Positions 49,055 through 56,980 of a stretch of DNA of 64,000 bases are shown here, piece by piece (position 1 is the stretch's first letter; every line of letters begins with the position of its first letter). The translations under genes were made by a program, and so were the position numbers. The DNA comes from Atribacterota bacterium (GTDB lineage: Bacteria; Atribacterota; Phoenicimicrobiia; Phoenicimicrobiales; Stramentimicrobiaceae): contig JAQUNC010000004.1 of the NCBI GenBank assembly GCA_028717805.1, forward strand, positions 5,549-69,548, read 5' to 3'. The notes below the pieces were generated by a model. That model worked only from the letters and a program-made list of their open reading frames with translations, did not search any database and was not told the DNA's origin.

Positions 49055-49513
49055 TTATATCTTATTCTTCAATTTTTCCCAGCAAGTGTGGCAATAACCC
49101 TTTATTTCTAAACGATGTTCAGTAGGAAGAAAAGAATGGTTCTGGCAAATATCGTTCTGTATCTTTCCCACTTCCTGGGAGGTAAATTCAATAATCCTAC
49201 CACAGTTTAGACAAACCATATGGTCATGATGTGGCTTATTGTATATTTTTTCATAGACCACTTTTTCTCCACTATATAGAGTTTCAGTTATTAAACCACT
49301 ATCAATTAATAAAGGGATAGTTCTATAAATAGTAGCCAGAGAAACATTGGATTTTTGTTTTCTAACTTGTTGATGGATATCTTCAACATGGAAATGATCC
49401 CGCAGTATGGCAATTGCCTTAAGAATCTCTTTTCTCTCTTTAGTATACTTTAAATTATTCCTTTTTATAAAATATTTAAATTGCTTTTCATAAATAGCCA
49501 ATATATTCTCCAA
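49055..49513 (-). CDS. fur: Fur-family iron-responsive regulator
   Basis: 152 aa with KYTKERKEILKAI, HHDHMVCLNCGRIIEF and CHTC. Both start candidates are TTG. TTG 49501 has a GGAG 6 nt upstream and may be the real start. Confidence 0.8.
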   Translation of the reverse strand: MENILAIYEKQFKYFIKRNNLKYTKERKEILKAIAILRDHFHVEDIHQQVRKQKSNVSLATIYRTIPLLIDSGLITETLYSGEKVVYEKIYNKPHHDHMVCLNCGRIIEFTSQEVGKIQNDICQNHSFLPTEHRLEIKGYCHTCWEKLKNKI

Positions 49514-49515
49514 TT

Positions 49516-49534
49516 GTAATTGAATATCATTCTC
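49516..49534. promoter_or_regulatory. Candidate Fur box upstream of fur-feoAB
   Basis: The minus strand reads GAGAATGATATTCAATTAC, matching 14 of 19 positions of GATAATGATAATCATTATC. Confidence 0.4.
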
Positions 49535-49644
49535 AGTTACATTTTAACAAAGTATTTCCGTTTGTCAATATAAATAACTAACAAAATGGTTTAAAATTGA
49601 AAGACACAGATGGAAAATAAGTTAAGCCGGCAAGGGAATATTAT

Positions 49645-50085
49645 TTAGTTATGATCTTCTAATAAGGAATAAAAGTTCTTTTTAGTCATTACTTGCCTTA
49701 ACAAATCTAAATTAGAAACATTTACTCTGAAGAGATGGGATAGACACCGACAATCAGAAGAGCCAAAACCTTCTTTGACTACAATACCAATTCCGATCTG
49801 AAATATTTCCTGACTGATACTGCATTCGCATGGTTTTTGACTAATCCAAATATTGATAACCCTGATAGGAAGTCTAGAACTCAGTAGATAATCAATATGC
49901 CAAAATCTATTTTTTTTGCGAGTTAAATGCCTGAGGAGCCGTTGTTGAATTGATTTCTTTGCTGAACCGATATAAATATAATAACCTCTATTAACATTTA
50001 CCCAACCAAGCTTACCAATCAACAGTTGTTTAAAATTACTAACATAGATTAATAGAATATAAGTAGAGCCAACTGCCTGCTCCAG
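49645..50085 (-). CDS. DUF123 / GIY-YIG-superfamily protein
   Basis: GSTYILLIYV...IGKLGWVNVNRGYYIYIGSA...RL.RHL...K..FWHIDYL. The GIY-like half lies upstream of the only canonical start (TTG 50022). CTG 50085 is the nearest plausible initiator, so the start is uncertain. Confidence 0.6.
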   Translation of the reverse strand: MEQAVGSTYILLIYVSNFKQLLIGKLGWVNVNRGYYIYIGSAKKSIQQRLLRHLTRKKNRFWHIDYLLSSRLPIRVINIWISQKPCECSISQEIFQIGIGIVVKEGFGSSDCRCLSHLFRVNVSNLDLLRQVMTKKNFYSLLEDHN

Positions 50086-50128
50086 AACTAAACTGGTTAA
50101 TTTATTATCATTTTTTACCTGTTCTATC

Positions 50129-51064
50129 TTATTGTTTACCTTCGGCAGCCTCCATTGGAATATTATTTTCTTTAAAGTTGCCTTCTAAAATAAAATCACC
50201 AATATTGCAACCCACATGTCTGGCAATAACAGAACATTTGGCAATCAATAAAAAGAATAGAGGTTTATTTTCACCTGAAAGAGCTTCATAATTACCCTGT
50301 CCTTTACTGATAATCATCTCTGCTTCCTTAAAAAGGCGGATAAATTCAGGGGAACAATATTTTAAAACGACACCGGGACAATCAGCACCACAAGAAATTA
50401 TATTAGCAAAATTGTTGATTCCACAAGAAATCGCATCATCTACTAAGGCGTCATTAAGCGCGGGTTTGCCTTTCACTACATAAATTACATTCTTATGATA
50501 ATCATTGACCAGTAATTCTATTAGTATTCGATCAAATACTACCTCCCCAGCATTATCAGCAAGATAAAGGATAGATTGTACTTCTAATAAACGCTGATAA
50601 AAAGATTGATAATCAAAATGTCCTTTGAGACTGGTAGTCTGTAAATCAAAATTTTTATCTACTATTTTATCAATTTCATCAGATATCCCCTGGAAATCTT
50701 TCATACCAAAATCAATCACGTTTCCAGTAATTGCTAATTGTATTGCTGCCAGGAGCTGATTTTCTGATTCCTTTACCTTCATCTTTATATTCGGGTATAT
50801 TTTTAATGCTAACTTATTGCTTTCTTCTTTGATTTCTTTATAAGGATCTTTTTTACCAGTTACTTTACTGACCATAGCATAGATTGCTCTTCCCATCTCT
50901 GCTGGTGAGGTATCCAAAGAGAAACCGGGAACTAACTCGGACAGTCGGTATAAAACATCTCTTTGCATTTCCTTATCAGCACCAGATATTCTAGCTGCTT
51001 TTAATGCCTGATAATAAAAACAGGGAATACAATCTAAATAAGTTCGCATTACTTTACTCTTCAC
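50129..51064 (-). CDS. DUF89 family protein (ARMT1-like damage-control phosphatase)
   Basis: 311 aa with the N-terminal YLDCIPCFYYQAL, and later DNAGEVVFD and KGQGNYE motifs. Confidence 0.8.
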   Translation of the reverse strand: MKSKVMRTYLDCIPCFYYQALKAARISGADKEMQRDVLYRLSELVPGFSLDTSPAEMGRAIYAMVSKVTGKKDPYKEIKEESNKLALKIYPNIKMKVKESENQLLAAIQLAITGNVIDFGMKDFQGISDEIDKIVDKNFDLQTTSLKGHFDYQSFYQRLLEVQSILYLADNAGEVVFDRILIELLVNDYHKNVIYVVKGKPALNDALVDDAISCGINNFANIISCGADCPGVVLKYCSPEFIRLFKEAEMIISKGQGNYEALSGENKPLFFLLIAKCSVIARHVGCNIGDFILEGNFKENNIPMEAAEGKQ

Positions 51065-51134
51065 TCCTGGATTGGTAATAACTAAATACTACTATAATTC
51101 TATTATCAATATCTATCTTAACATACTTTTTCAC

Positions 51135-52007
51135 TCATTTTTGGATTTGAGTGAGAATGGACTGTACTATTTTCTCAAAAGCTTGTTTTGTTTCGCCCGT
51201 TTTATTACTACACATAAATGGCTTACCCTGGTCTCCAGAACTCACTATATCCATATCCAGTGGTATGGCACCCAGAAAGGGTACCTGAAAATCACTAGCT
51301 GCTTTTTCTCCTCCACCAGTCATAAATAAATCAATTTCGGCACCACAGTGAGGGCATCGAAAACCACTCATATTCTCAATTATTCCTAAAATAGGAATAT
51401 TAATACCTTTTAAAAATTTAATACATTTTCGGGAATCTGTTAAGGCAATCTCCTGTGGAGTAGTTACAATAACACCGCCATCTAATTCAGGAATGAGTTG
51501 ACAGATAGATAATGGTTCGTCTCCTGTCCCCGGGGGAGAATCAATTATTAAAAAATCAAGTTTACCCCAATTTACTTCTGCTAAAAGCTGCTTGATTGCT
51601 ACTCCCTTTAAAGGTCCTCTCCATACCAAAGGAGTATCTGGAGATTCAATTAAAAAAGCCATAGAAGTAGCTATCAGATTTTTCCTAACTTTTAACGGAT
51701 TAATGTGTCCATTACTGCCAGTTATCTTCTCTCCTTCAAATCCTAACATCTTGGCTATAGAAGGACCATGTAAATCTGCATCTAATAGACCAACCTGATA
51801 ACCTTGGTCAGCTAAGGAACAAGATAAATTAACAGCAACCGAACTTTTCCCAACTCCTCCTTTATTAGACAAAACTAATATTTTATGCTTAATATCAGCC
51901 ATATTCCATTTTAATTTATCAGCCATTTCCTGATTAGCTTGTTTCCTTTCATTTTTTAAGTTCTCCTGTTCCTGTTCAGTTGTTACTTTGTTGTTTATAT
52001 TTGACAT
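51135..52007 (-). CDS. apbC: Mrp/NBP35/ApbC-family Fe-S cluster carrier ATPase
   Basis: ILVLSNKGGVGKSSVAVNL (deviant Walker A), IIDSPPGTGDE and CPHCG. Confidence 0.85.
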   Translation of the reverse strand: MSNINNKVTTEQEQENLKNERKQANQEMADKLKWNMADIKHKILVLSNKGGVGKSSVAVNLSCSLADQGYQVGLLDADLHGPSIAKMLGFEGEKITGSNGHINPLKVRKNLIATSMAFLIESPDTPLVWRGPLKGVAIKQLLAEVNWGKLDFLIIDSPPGTGDEPLSICQLIPELDGGVIVTTPQEIALTDSRKCIKFLKGINIPILGIIENMSGFRCPHCGAEIDLFMTGGGEKAASDFQVPFLGAIPLDMDIVSSGDQGKPFMCSNKTGETKQAFEKIVQSILTQIQK

Positions 52008-52452
52008 ATTACATTTCCTCTTCCTTGTTTAATTTTTCTGCAATTTTTTACTTTCCCATTATTGCCTAATAAAAATTGGCATGTTATAAAATATTCTATT
52101 TAAGTTTAGTAAATTATCGCTCTCTACCCGATCAGACCAGTGACCTTCCCTGACCTTCAGTCAATTTTATCGCTAAACATCGTCGTTTAATTTACTCTAT
52201 CTCAGCATATTAATTAACAAATAATTTGAAAAATTTGTTAAAATTATCAAAAATCAACAGTCATAAATTAAGTCTGTACTCAATGTAGTAATAGTACAAA
52301 TGATACAAAAATATACCTCACTATCTTCTATTATAAACCCTTATGACAAGTTTATTAAGCTAAACGCTATATCCATCTTTAATGAGTGGCTCTGCAATAA
52401 TAAAGAAGGATACTTAAATATGATTTTAATAAATATACTTTTAAAATAATTT

Positions 52453-52493
52453 AAACTAAAACCACCAGTAAGCAATTAATACTTACTGGTGGT
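52453..52493 (-). terminator. Rho-independent terminator after the DUF5320 gene (A-run/T-run on both sides, potentially bidirectional)
   Basis: 12-bp perfect stem ACCACCAGTAAG/CTTACTGGTGGT. On the minus strand it is followed by TTTAGTTT. Confidence 0.75.
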
Positions 52494-52513
52494 TTTCTCG
52501 AAATTTATACTAT

Positions 52514-52906
52514 TTACTCTTTAGTTTCTTTTTTTAACTCAGCTATTCTTTTGTTAACAGCTTCCAATTCAGCTTTGATGTCCTCTGCCTCTGTTTGAAG
52601 TAAGTCCATTTCCTGCTTGGAATCCATTGTTCCCTGATAAGGATAAGCGGAACTATAATATGGATAGGCTGGTGGTATCGCTGAATAAGCTGGATATACT
52701 GGATAACCTAAGAAGCCTGCTCTTCGGAAACCCCATCCTCGGCCAAATCCTCTGCCAAATCCACGACCAAATCCAAATCCGAAACGGCCACCCCAAGAAT
52801 TGGCATAACCGGGAACAGGATATCCAGCACAATAACCAGCCGCTCTACCAGTCATTGGGCCTAAGCCGGCAGGACCTGTTCTATCCCCACCTGGCATAGT
52901 ATTCAC
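52514..52906 (-). CDS. DUF5320-family protein (Gly/Arg/Phe-rich low-complexity core plus C-terminal coiled coil)
   Basis: 130 aa. N-terminal PGGDRTGPAGLGPMTGRAAGYCAG, then GRFGFGFGRGFGRGFGRGWGFRR, then LQTEAEDIKAELEAVNKRIAELKKE. Confidence 0.7.
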   Translation of the reverse strand: MNTMPGGDRTGPAGLGPMTGRAAGYCAGYPVPGYANSWGGRFGFGFGRGFGRGFGRGWGFRRAGFLGYPVYPAYSAIPPAYPYYSSAYPYQGTMDSKQEMDLLQTEAEDIKAELEAVNKRIAELKKETKE

Positions 52907-53021
52907 CTCCTTCTGCTAATAATAGCTATTAATGGCATTTAACTTTTTAACAATTACTACTTTTCCGAATAATTGGACAATACAAATTCTACTTAAATAT
53001 TTTTATATCAGATTTCTTATT

Positions 53022-53040
53022 GATAATGATTGTCATTATC
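53022..53040. promoter_or_regulatory. Fur box (GATAATGATTGTCATTATC)
   Basis: Matches 17 of 19 positions of GATAATGATAATCATTATC. Perfect 8-3-8 inverted repeat. It abuts the -10 element of the promoter reading toward the DUF5320 gene. Confidence 0.7.
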
Positions 53041-53069
53041 ATATTATAATTGATCTTGCTTTTTGTCAA
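53041..53069 (-). promoter_or_regulatory. Sigma-70-type promoter of the DUF5320 gene
   Basis: The minus strand reads TTGACA (53069-53064), a 17-nt spacer, then TAATAT (53046-53041). An alternative is TATAAT with a 15-nt spacer. Confidence 0.55.
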
Positions 53070-53160
53070 GTATTTTTAAAATAAATAAATTTAAAATTTA
53101 TTACTAAATGTCCACTACATAGCAATAGAATTAGTATATTGTTTTGGTCAGTTTACTGAG

Positions 53161-53205
53161 AGAAAATAAAAAAAGAGAAAAGGCAGGAATTACTGCCTTT
53201 TCTCT
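53161..53205 (-). terminator. Rho-independent terminator after the AOR gene
   Basis: 13-bp perfect stem AGAGAAAAGGCAG/CTGCCTTTTCTCT, followed on the minus strand by TTTTTTATTTT. Confidence 0.75.
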
Positions 53206-53253
53206 TAAATAAATAAGCTTAAAATATCTTTATTTATTTACTTTTTATTATTG

Positions 53254-55410
53254 TTATTTATTATTATGATAATTCTGCCATACTGACAATATTTCTGGAA
53301 AATCTATTTGCAATCTTTTTATTGTTTCTAAGTTAGGTACCCCATTCTCATCCCAGCCTCTTCTCCGATATACTGCATCACATAATAATTCATATTGCTT
53401 TTCTCTAAATTTTCTTAATGCTTTAATTCTTTCCTGAATATCTTTCCCCTTTATATCATATTCCACTTCTTCCTGTAATTGCTTGTCATAGAAATCAGCG
53501 CGCGAACAATATTCTTGCTCTTTTACCGGACCCATGGCACGATAGGGAATGGCATCATGTTTTCTGGTACCATAACCCATCTTTAAATTAAACAGCCTCT
53601 GGAGGTTATGTACTGCCTCGGATTGACTGATTATATCTTCAGTAGATATTTTCTTACCGGTTATGCCTTCAAATAACCAGCAATAATTTTCCACATGTTC
53701 CGGTATTTTAGCTGCTGTAATACCTGAGTATTTTTGCTTATTATCAGCCGGTTCAATATCATTCCAGGGCAGTTTGCAAAGTCCAACCAGAGAAAACCAA
53801 GTCCTGAATAAGGGAAAATAATATAGTGCTTCTGCTTTATCTTCAAAGGTTGGAATCTGTTTATTTACCTGGTCCATAAAAATTAACCAGGATTCGTCAT
53901 GTTGTGGACCCTTGTTGGCTATACCGTATCCTCCCTGTTGGGCTAGAGATTCTTTGGTAACATATTCAGAAAATTCCATACCTTTACATTCCATGCCAAT
54001 ATCTTCTAAAAAGTCCGGATCAGCATCAAAATTTTCTACAAAATATTTCTTACAGCGACGAATTCCCTGTCCAGCAATCTTTCCAAACTCCTCTCCTTGG
54101 GCAATTAGATGAATCAATTCTAAAAGAGCATCTCCATTCCCAAACCTCAAATCCAGACCGCCTGTTCTTTCCTGATTAAGAATTCCTCTATCATAACACT
54201 CCATCAAAAAAGCAATGGTGGTACTAACCCCTATGGTATCAATCCCATAGTGGTCACAATAAAAATTGGCTTCTAGAACTACATCAGGGTCAAAGCAACC
54301 ACAGTTCCCCCCCATACCAGCAGCAGTCTCGTATTCAGGCCCATCGACAATTACTTCTTCGCCTTTTAAAGGACCTGTTTTTAATATAAATCTATCAACT
54401 GCATGGGAACAACGCAAATTGCATCCTACCCAGCAGGAATCTCCTGGCTGTTTCTGGGAAAACCGTTTCTTCCAAACCTGATTAAAGATTTTAATTGCTT
54501 GTTTATGCGAACCAAATTGAAAATTGTGTACAGGTAAACAATTATGAGTATTCATATGGTCAATAAGATTAATAGTGCCTGTTTGTCGCATTCCGTTTTG
54601 AACATCATCTAGAGAGAGAATCTCTTGGGTGATACGCTGACCTGCTTTCTTTAACAATTCAGGAGAGGCAGGATTATTAGTAGATCCAGTTATACCTTTA
54701 TACTTAATGATAATTGCAACTATTTTTTTGTCTCTCAGTACAGTTCCTGGTCCACCCCGAGCAGCCTGTTTATAACGGACTTTCTCTCGTTTACGGTCAT
54801 ACCAGCTAAAATTTAAAATTCCTAATAAGGAATTTTCAGCTCCCTCACCAGCTGAAACAATACTGATATTGGCTTTATCCTGTTCATCCTCAGCAAAATA
54901 CTCAGTCAATCTTTCCACTAATAAATAAGAATTCTTGTCTTCATAAGGATAAGTTTGGATAGTTAATTCTCCCTTATTCCCGTCTATAAAAATAATCACA
55001 TCCTGTTCAGATTTTCCTTGAATCTCCAGCGCATCCCAACCGGAAAATTTTAAATAAGGTGCAAAATAGCCTCCGGCATTATTATCATTAGCACTGCCGG
55101 TTTCGGGAGAAAGGCTCACTACATGACTCTTTCCACAACCTGAATATTGAGTAATTCCACAGAGCGGTCCGGTACAGAATATTAACTCATTTTCCGGATC
55201 ATTCCACCTTGTTTCTGATTTAACTGCTTGCCATAGATACCATAAACCATAACCTCGACCACCCGTTAAAACTTCTTTAATTTTTGGTGGAACCTCTTTA
55301 ACCTCTATTTCTCTGTTAGATAAATTAACATAAAGAATCCTATCTGTATACCCTCTGTTTACTTTAGCCGGTTGATATGAAAATAGTTTTATTGTATGAC
55401 CTTCTAGCAT
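53254..55410 (-). CDS. aor: Aldehyde:ferredoxin oxidoreductase family protein (tungsto/molybdopterin, long ~700-aa form)
   Basis: 718 aa. The N-terminus GYTDRILYVNLS...GGRGYGLWYLW and the central and C-terminal AOR domains are recognisable. Confidence 0.85.
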   Translation of the reverse strand: MLEGHTIKLFSYQPAKVNRGYTDRILYVNLSNREIEVKEVPPKIKEVLTGGRGYGLWYLWQAVKSETRWNDPENELIFCTGPLCGITQYSGCGKSHVVSLSPETGSANDNNAGGYFAPYLKFSGWDALEIQGKSEQDVIIFIDGNKGELTIQTYPYEDKNSYLLVERLTEYFAEDEQDKANISIVSAGEGAENSLLGILNFSWYDRKREKVRYKQAARGGPGTVLRDKKIVAIIIKYKGITGSTNNPASPELLKKAGQRITQEILSLDDVQNGMRQTGTINLIDHMNTHNCLPVHNFQFGSHKQAIKIFNQVWKKRFSQKQPGDSCWVGCNLRCSHAVDRFILKTGPLKGEEVIVDGPEYETAAGMGGNCGCFDPDVVLEANFYCDHYGIDTIGVSTTIAFLMECYDRGILNQERTGGLDLRFGNGDALLELIHLIAQGEEFGKIAGQGIRRCKKYFVENFDADPDFLEDIGMECKGMEFSEYVTKESLAQQGGYGIANKGPQHDESWLIFMDQVNKQIPTFEDKAEALYYFPLFRTWFSLVGLCKLPWNDIEPADNKQKYSGITAAKIPEHVENYCWLFEGITGKKISTEDIISQSEAVHNLQRLFNLKMGYGTRKHDAIPYRAMGPVKEQEYCSRADFYDKQLQEEVEYDIKGKDIQERIKALRKFREKQYELLCDAVYRRRGWDENGVPNLETIKRLQIDFPEILSVWQNYHNNK

Positions 55411-55463
55411 TAAGAACCTCCTTCAAGACAAATTTATATTCATGAATCATTATTTGTTAATAT

Positions 55464-56783
55464 TTATGAAAATTTTTCTTTAAATATTTCTTTTAAATCA
55501 GGACTGCCAATCTCTTGTAATTCATATCTTACTCTAACATACTTTTTCTCAATATGCATCACTCTACTTAAATCAATGGGAGTTCCTATAATTACTAGCT
55601 CAGCAGTGCTATTATTAATGGTTTCTTCCAATTCTTTAATCTGCTCCTTTCCATAACCCATAGCTGGTAATAGCTTTCCTATTAATGGGTATTTCTGGTA
55701 AGTATCTTTTATACTGCCAACAGCAAATGGTCTCGGATTGATTATTTCTGCAGCACCATATTTTTGTGCTGCTACAATACCAGCACCATATTGCATCTCT
55801 CCATGTGTCAGGGTAGGCCCATCTTCCACCACGATCACCTTTTTACCTCTAATCATCTCATTATGCTCAACCTTAATTGGCGATGCTGCCTCAATCAATA
55901 TTGCTTTTGGTGCTAATTCATAAATATTGTCTCTTAACTGAGTAATATTTTCTGGTCTTGCTGTATCAACCTTATTTACCACCACCACATCTGCCATCCT
56001 CAAATTAACAGCTCCTGGATAATAGGTTATTTCATGTCCCACCCGGTGGGGATCAGTAACAACAATATGTAAATCTGGCTTATAAAAAGGAATGTCATTA
56101 TTGCCGCCATCCCAAACTATTACTTCTGCCTCTTGCTCAGCTCTTTTTAATATTTCACCATAATCAACCCCTGCATAAACAATATTACCTAAATCAATAT
56201 GGGGTTCATATTCTTCTCGTTCCTCTATAGTGCATTGATATCTATCCAGATCACCATAATTCTCAAAACGTTGCCAGATCTGTTTACTTAAATCTCCATA
56301 AGGCATAGGATGCCTGATTACCACTACTTTTTTGCCCATTTCTTTTAATATCCTGGTTACCTTGCGGGTAGTCTGACTCTTACCACAACCTGTACGAACA
56401 GCACAAACAGAAACCAGAGGAATATTAGCTTGTAGCATAGTACTTCTGGGACCCATCAATCTAAAATCAGCACCCTTTGCTAAAACCAGAGATGCTCTCT
56501 CCATAACATACTGATGAGGTAAGTCACTATAGGCTAAGATAACCTGATCAACATGATATTTTTCAATTAATTCTGGTAATTCTTCTTCTGGGAAAATTGG
56601 TATCCCATCGGGATAAAGAGGGCCACTTAATTGAACTGGATATTTTCGATCAGCAATATCGGGAATCTGGGTAGCAGTAAAAGCAATTACCTTAAAATCT
56701 TCATTATTTCGAAAAAAAACGTTAAAATTATGAAAATCTCTACCAGCAGCACCCATTATGAGTATATTTTGTCTTCTCAACAA
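55464..56783 (-). CDS. COG2403-type P-loop protein (predicted GTPase; family sometimes annotated cyclic 2,3-diphosphoglycerate synthetase-like)
   Basis: 439 aa with ILIMGAAGRDFHNFNVFFRNN and the P-loop CAVRTGCGKSQT. TTG start 6 nt after GGAG. Confidence 0.6.
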   Translation of the reverse strand: MLRRQNILIMGAAGRDFHNFNVFFRNNEDFKVIAFTATQIPDIADRKYPVQLSGPLYPDGIPIFPEEELPELIEKYHVDQVILAYSDLPHQYVMERASLVLAKGADFRLMGPRSTMLQANIPLVSVCAVRTGCGKSQTTRKVTRILKEMGKKVVVIRHPMPYGDLSKQIWQRFENYGDLDRYQCTIEEREEYEPHIDLGNIVYAGVDYGEILKRAEQEAEVIVWDGGNNDIPFYKPDLHIVVTDPHRVGHEITYYPGAVNLRMADVVVVNKVDTARPENITQLRDNIYELAPKAILIEAASPIKVEHNEMIRGKKVIVVEDGPTLTHGEMQYGAGIVAAQKYGAAEIINPRPFAVGSIKDTYQKYPLIGKLLPAMGYGKEQIKELEETINNSTAELVIIGTPIDLSRVMHIEKKYVRVRYELQEIGSPDLKEIFKEKFS

Positions 56784-56908
56784 GAATCACTCCTTAATTA
56801 TTTTATTTTAATTTTATTATTTCTTGTATAATAAATCAATGTCTTTTGCTAAACTATTCCTGGAGTATTAAATGAAAAATAGTTAATCTGGAATTAAATA
56901 AAAACAAT

Positions 56909-56959
56909 CCACCTCATTTTCTGCTTAATGAGTAAATGAGATGGATTGTCTGCAAATAA
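56909..56959 (-). terminator. Rho-independent terminator after the NhaC-family gene
   Basis: 16-bp stem with one mismatch (ACAATCCACCTCATTT / AAATGAGATGGATTGT), followed on the minus strand by TTTTTATTT. Confidence 0.7.
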
Positions 56960-56980
56960 GTTAGAGTAAATTTGTGTAAC

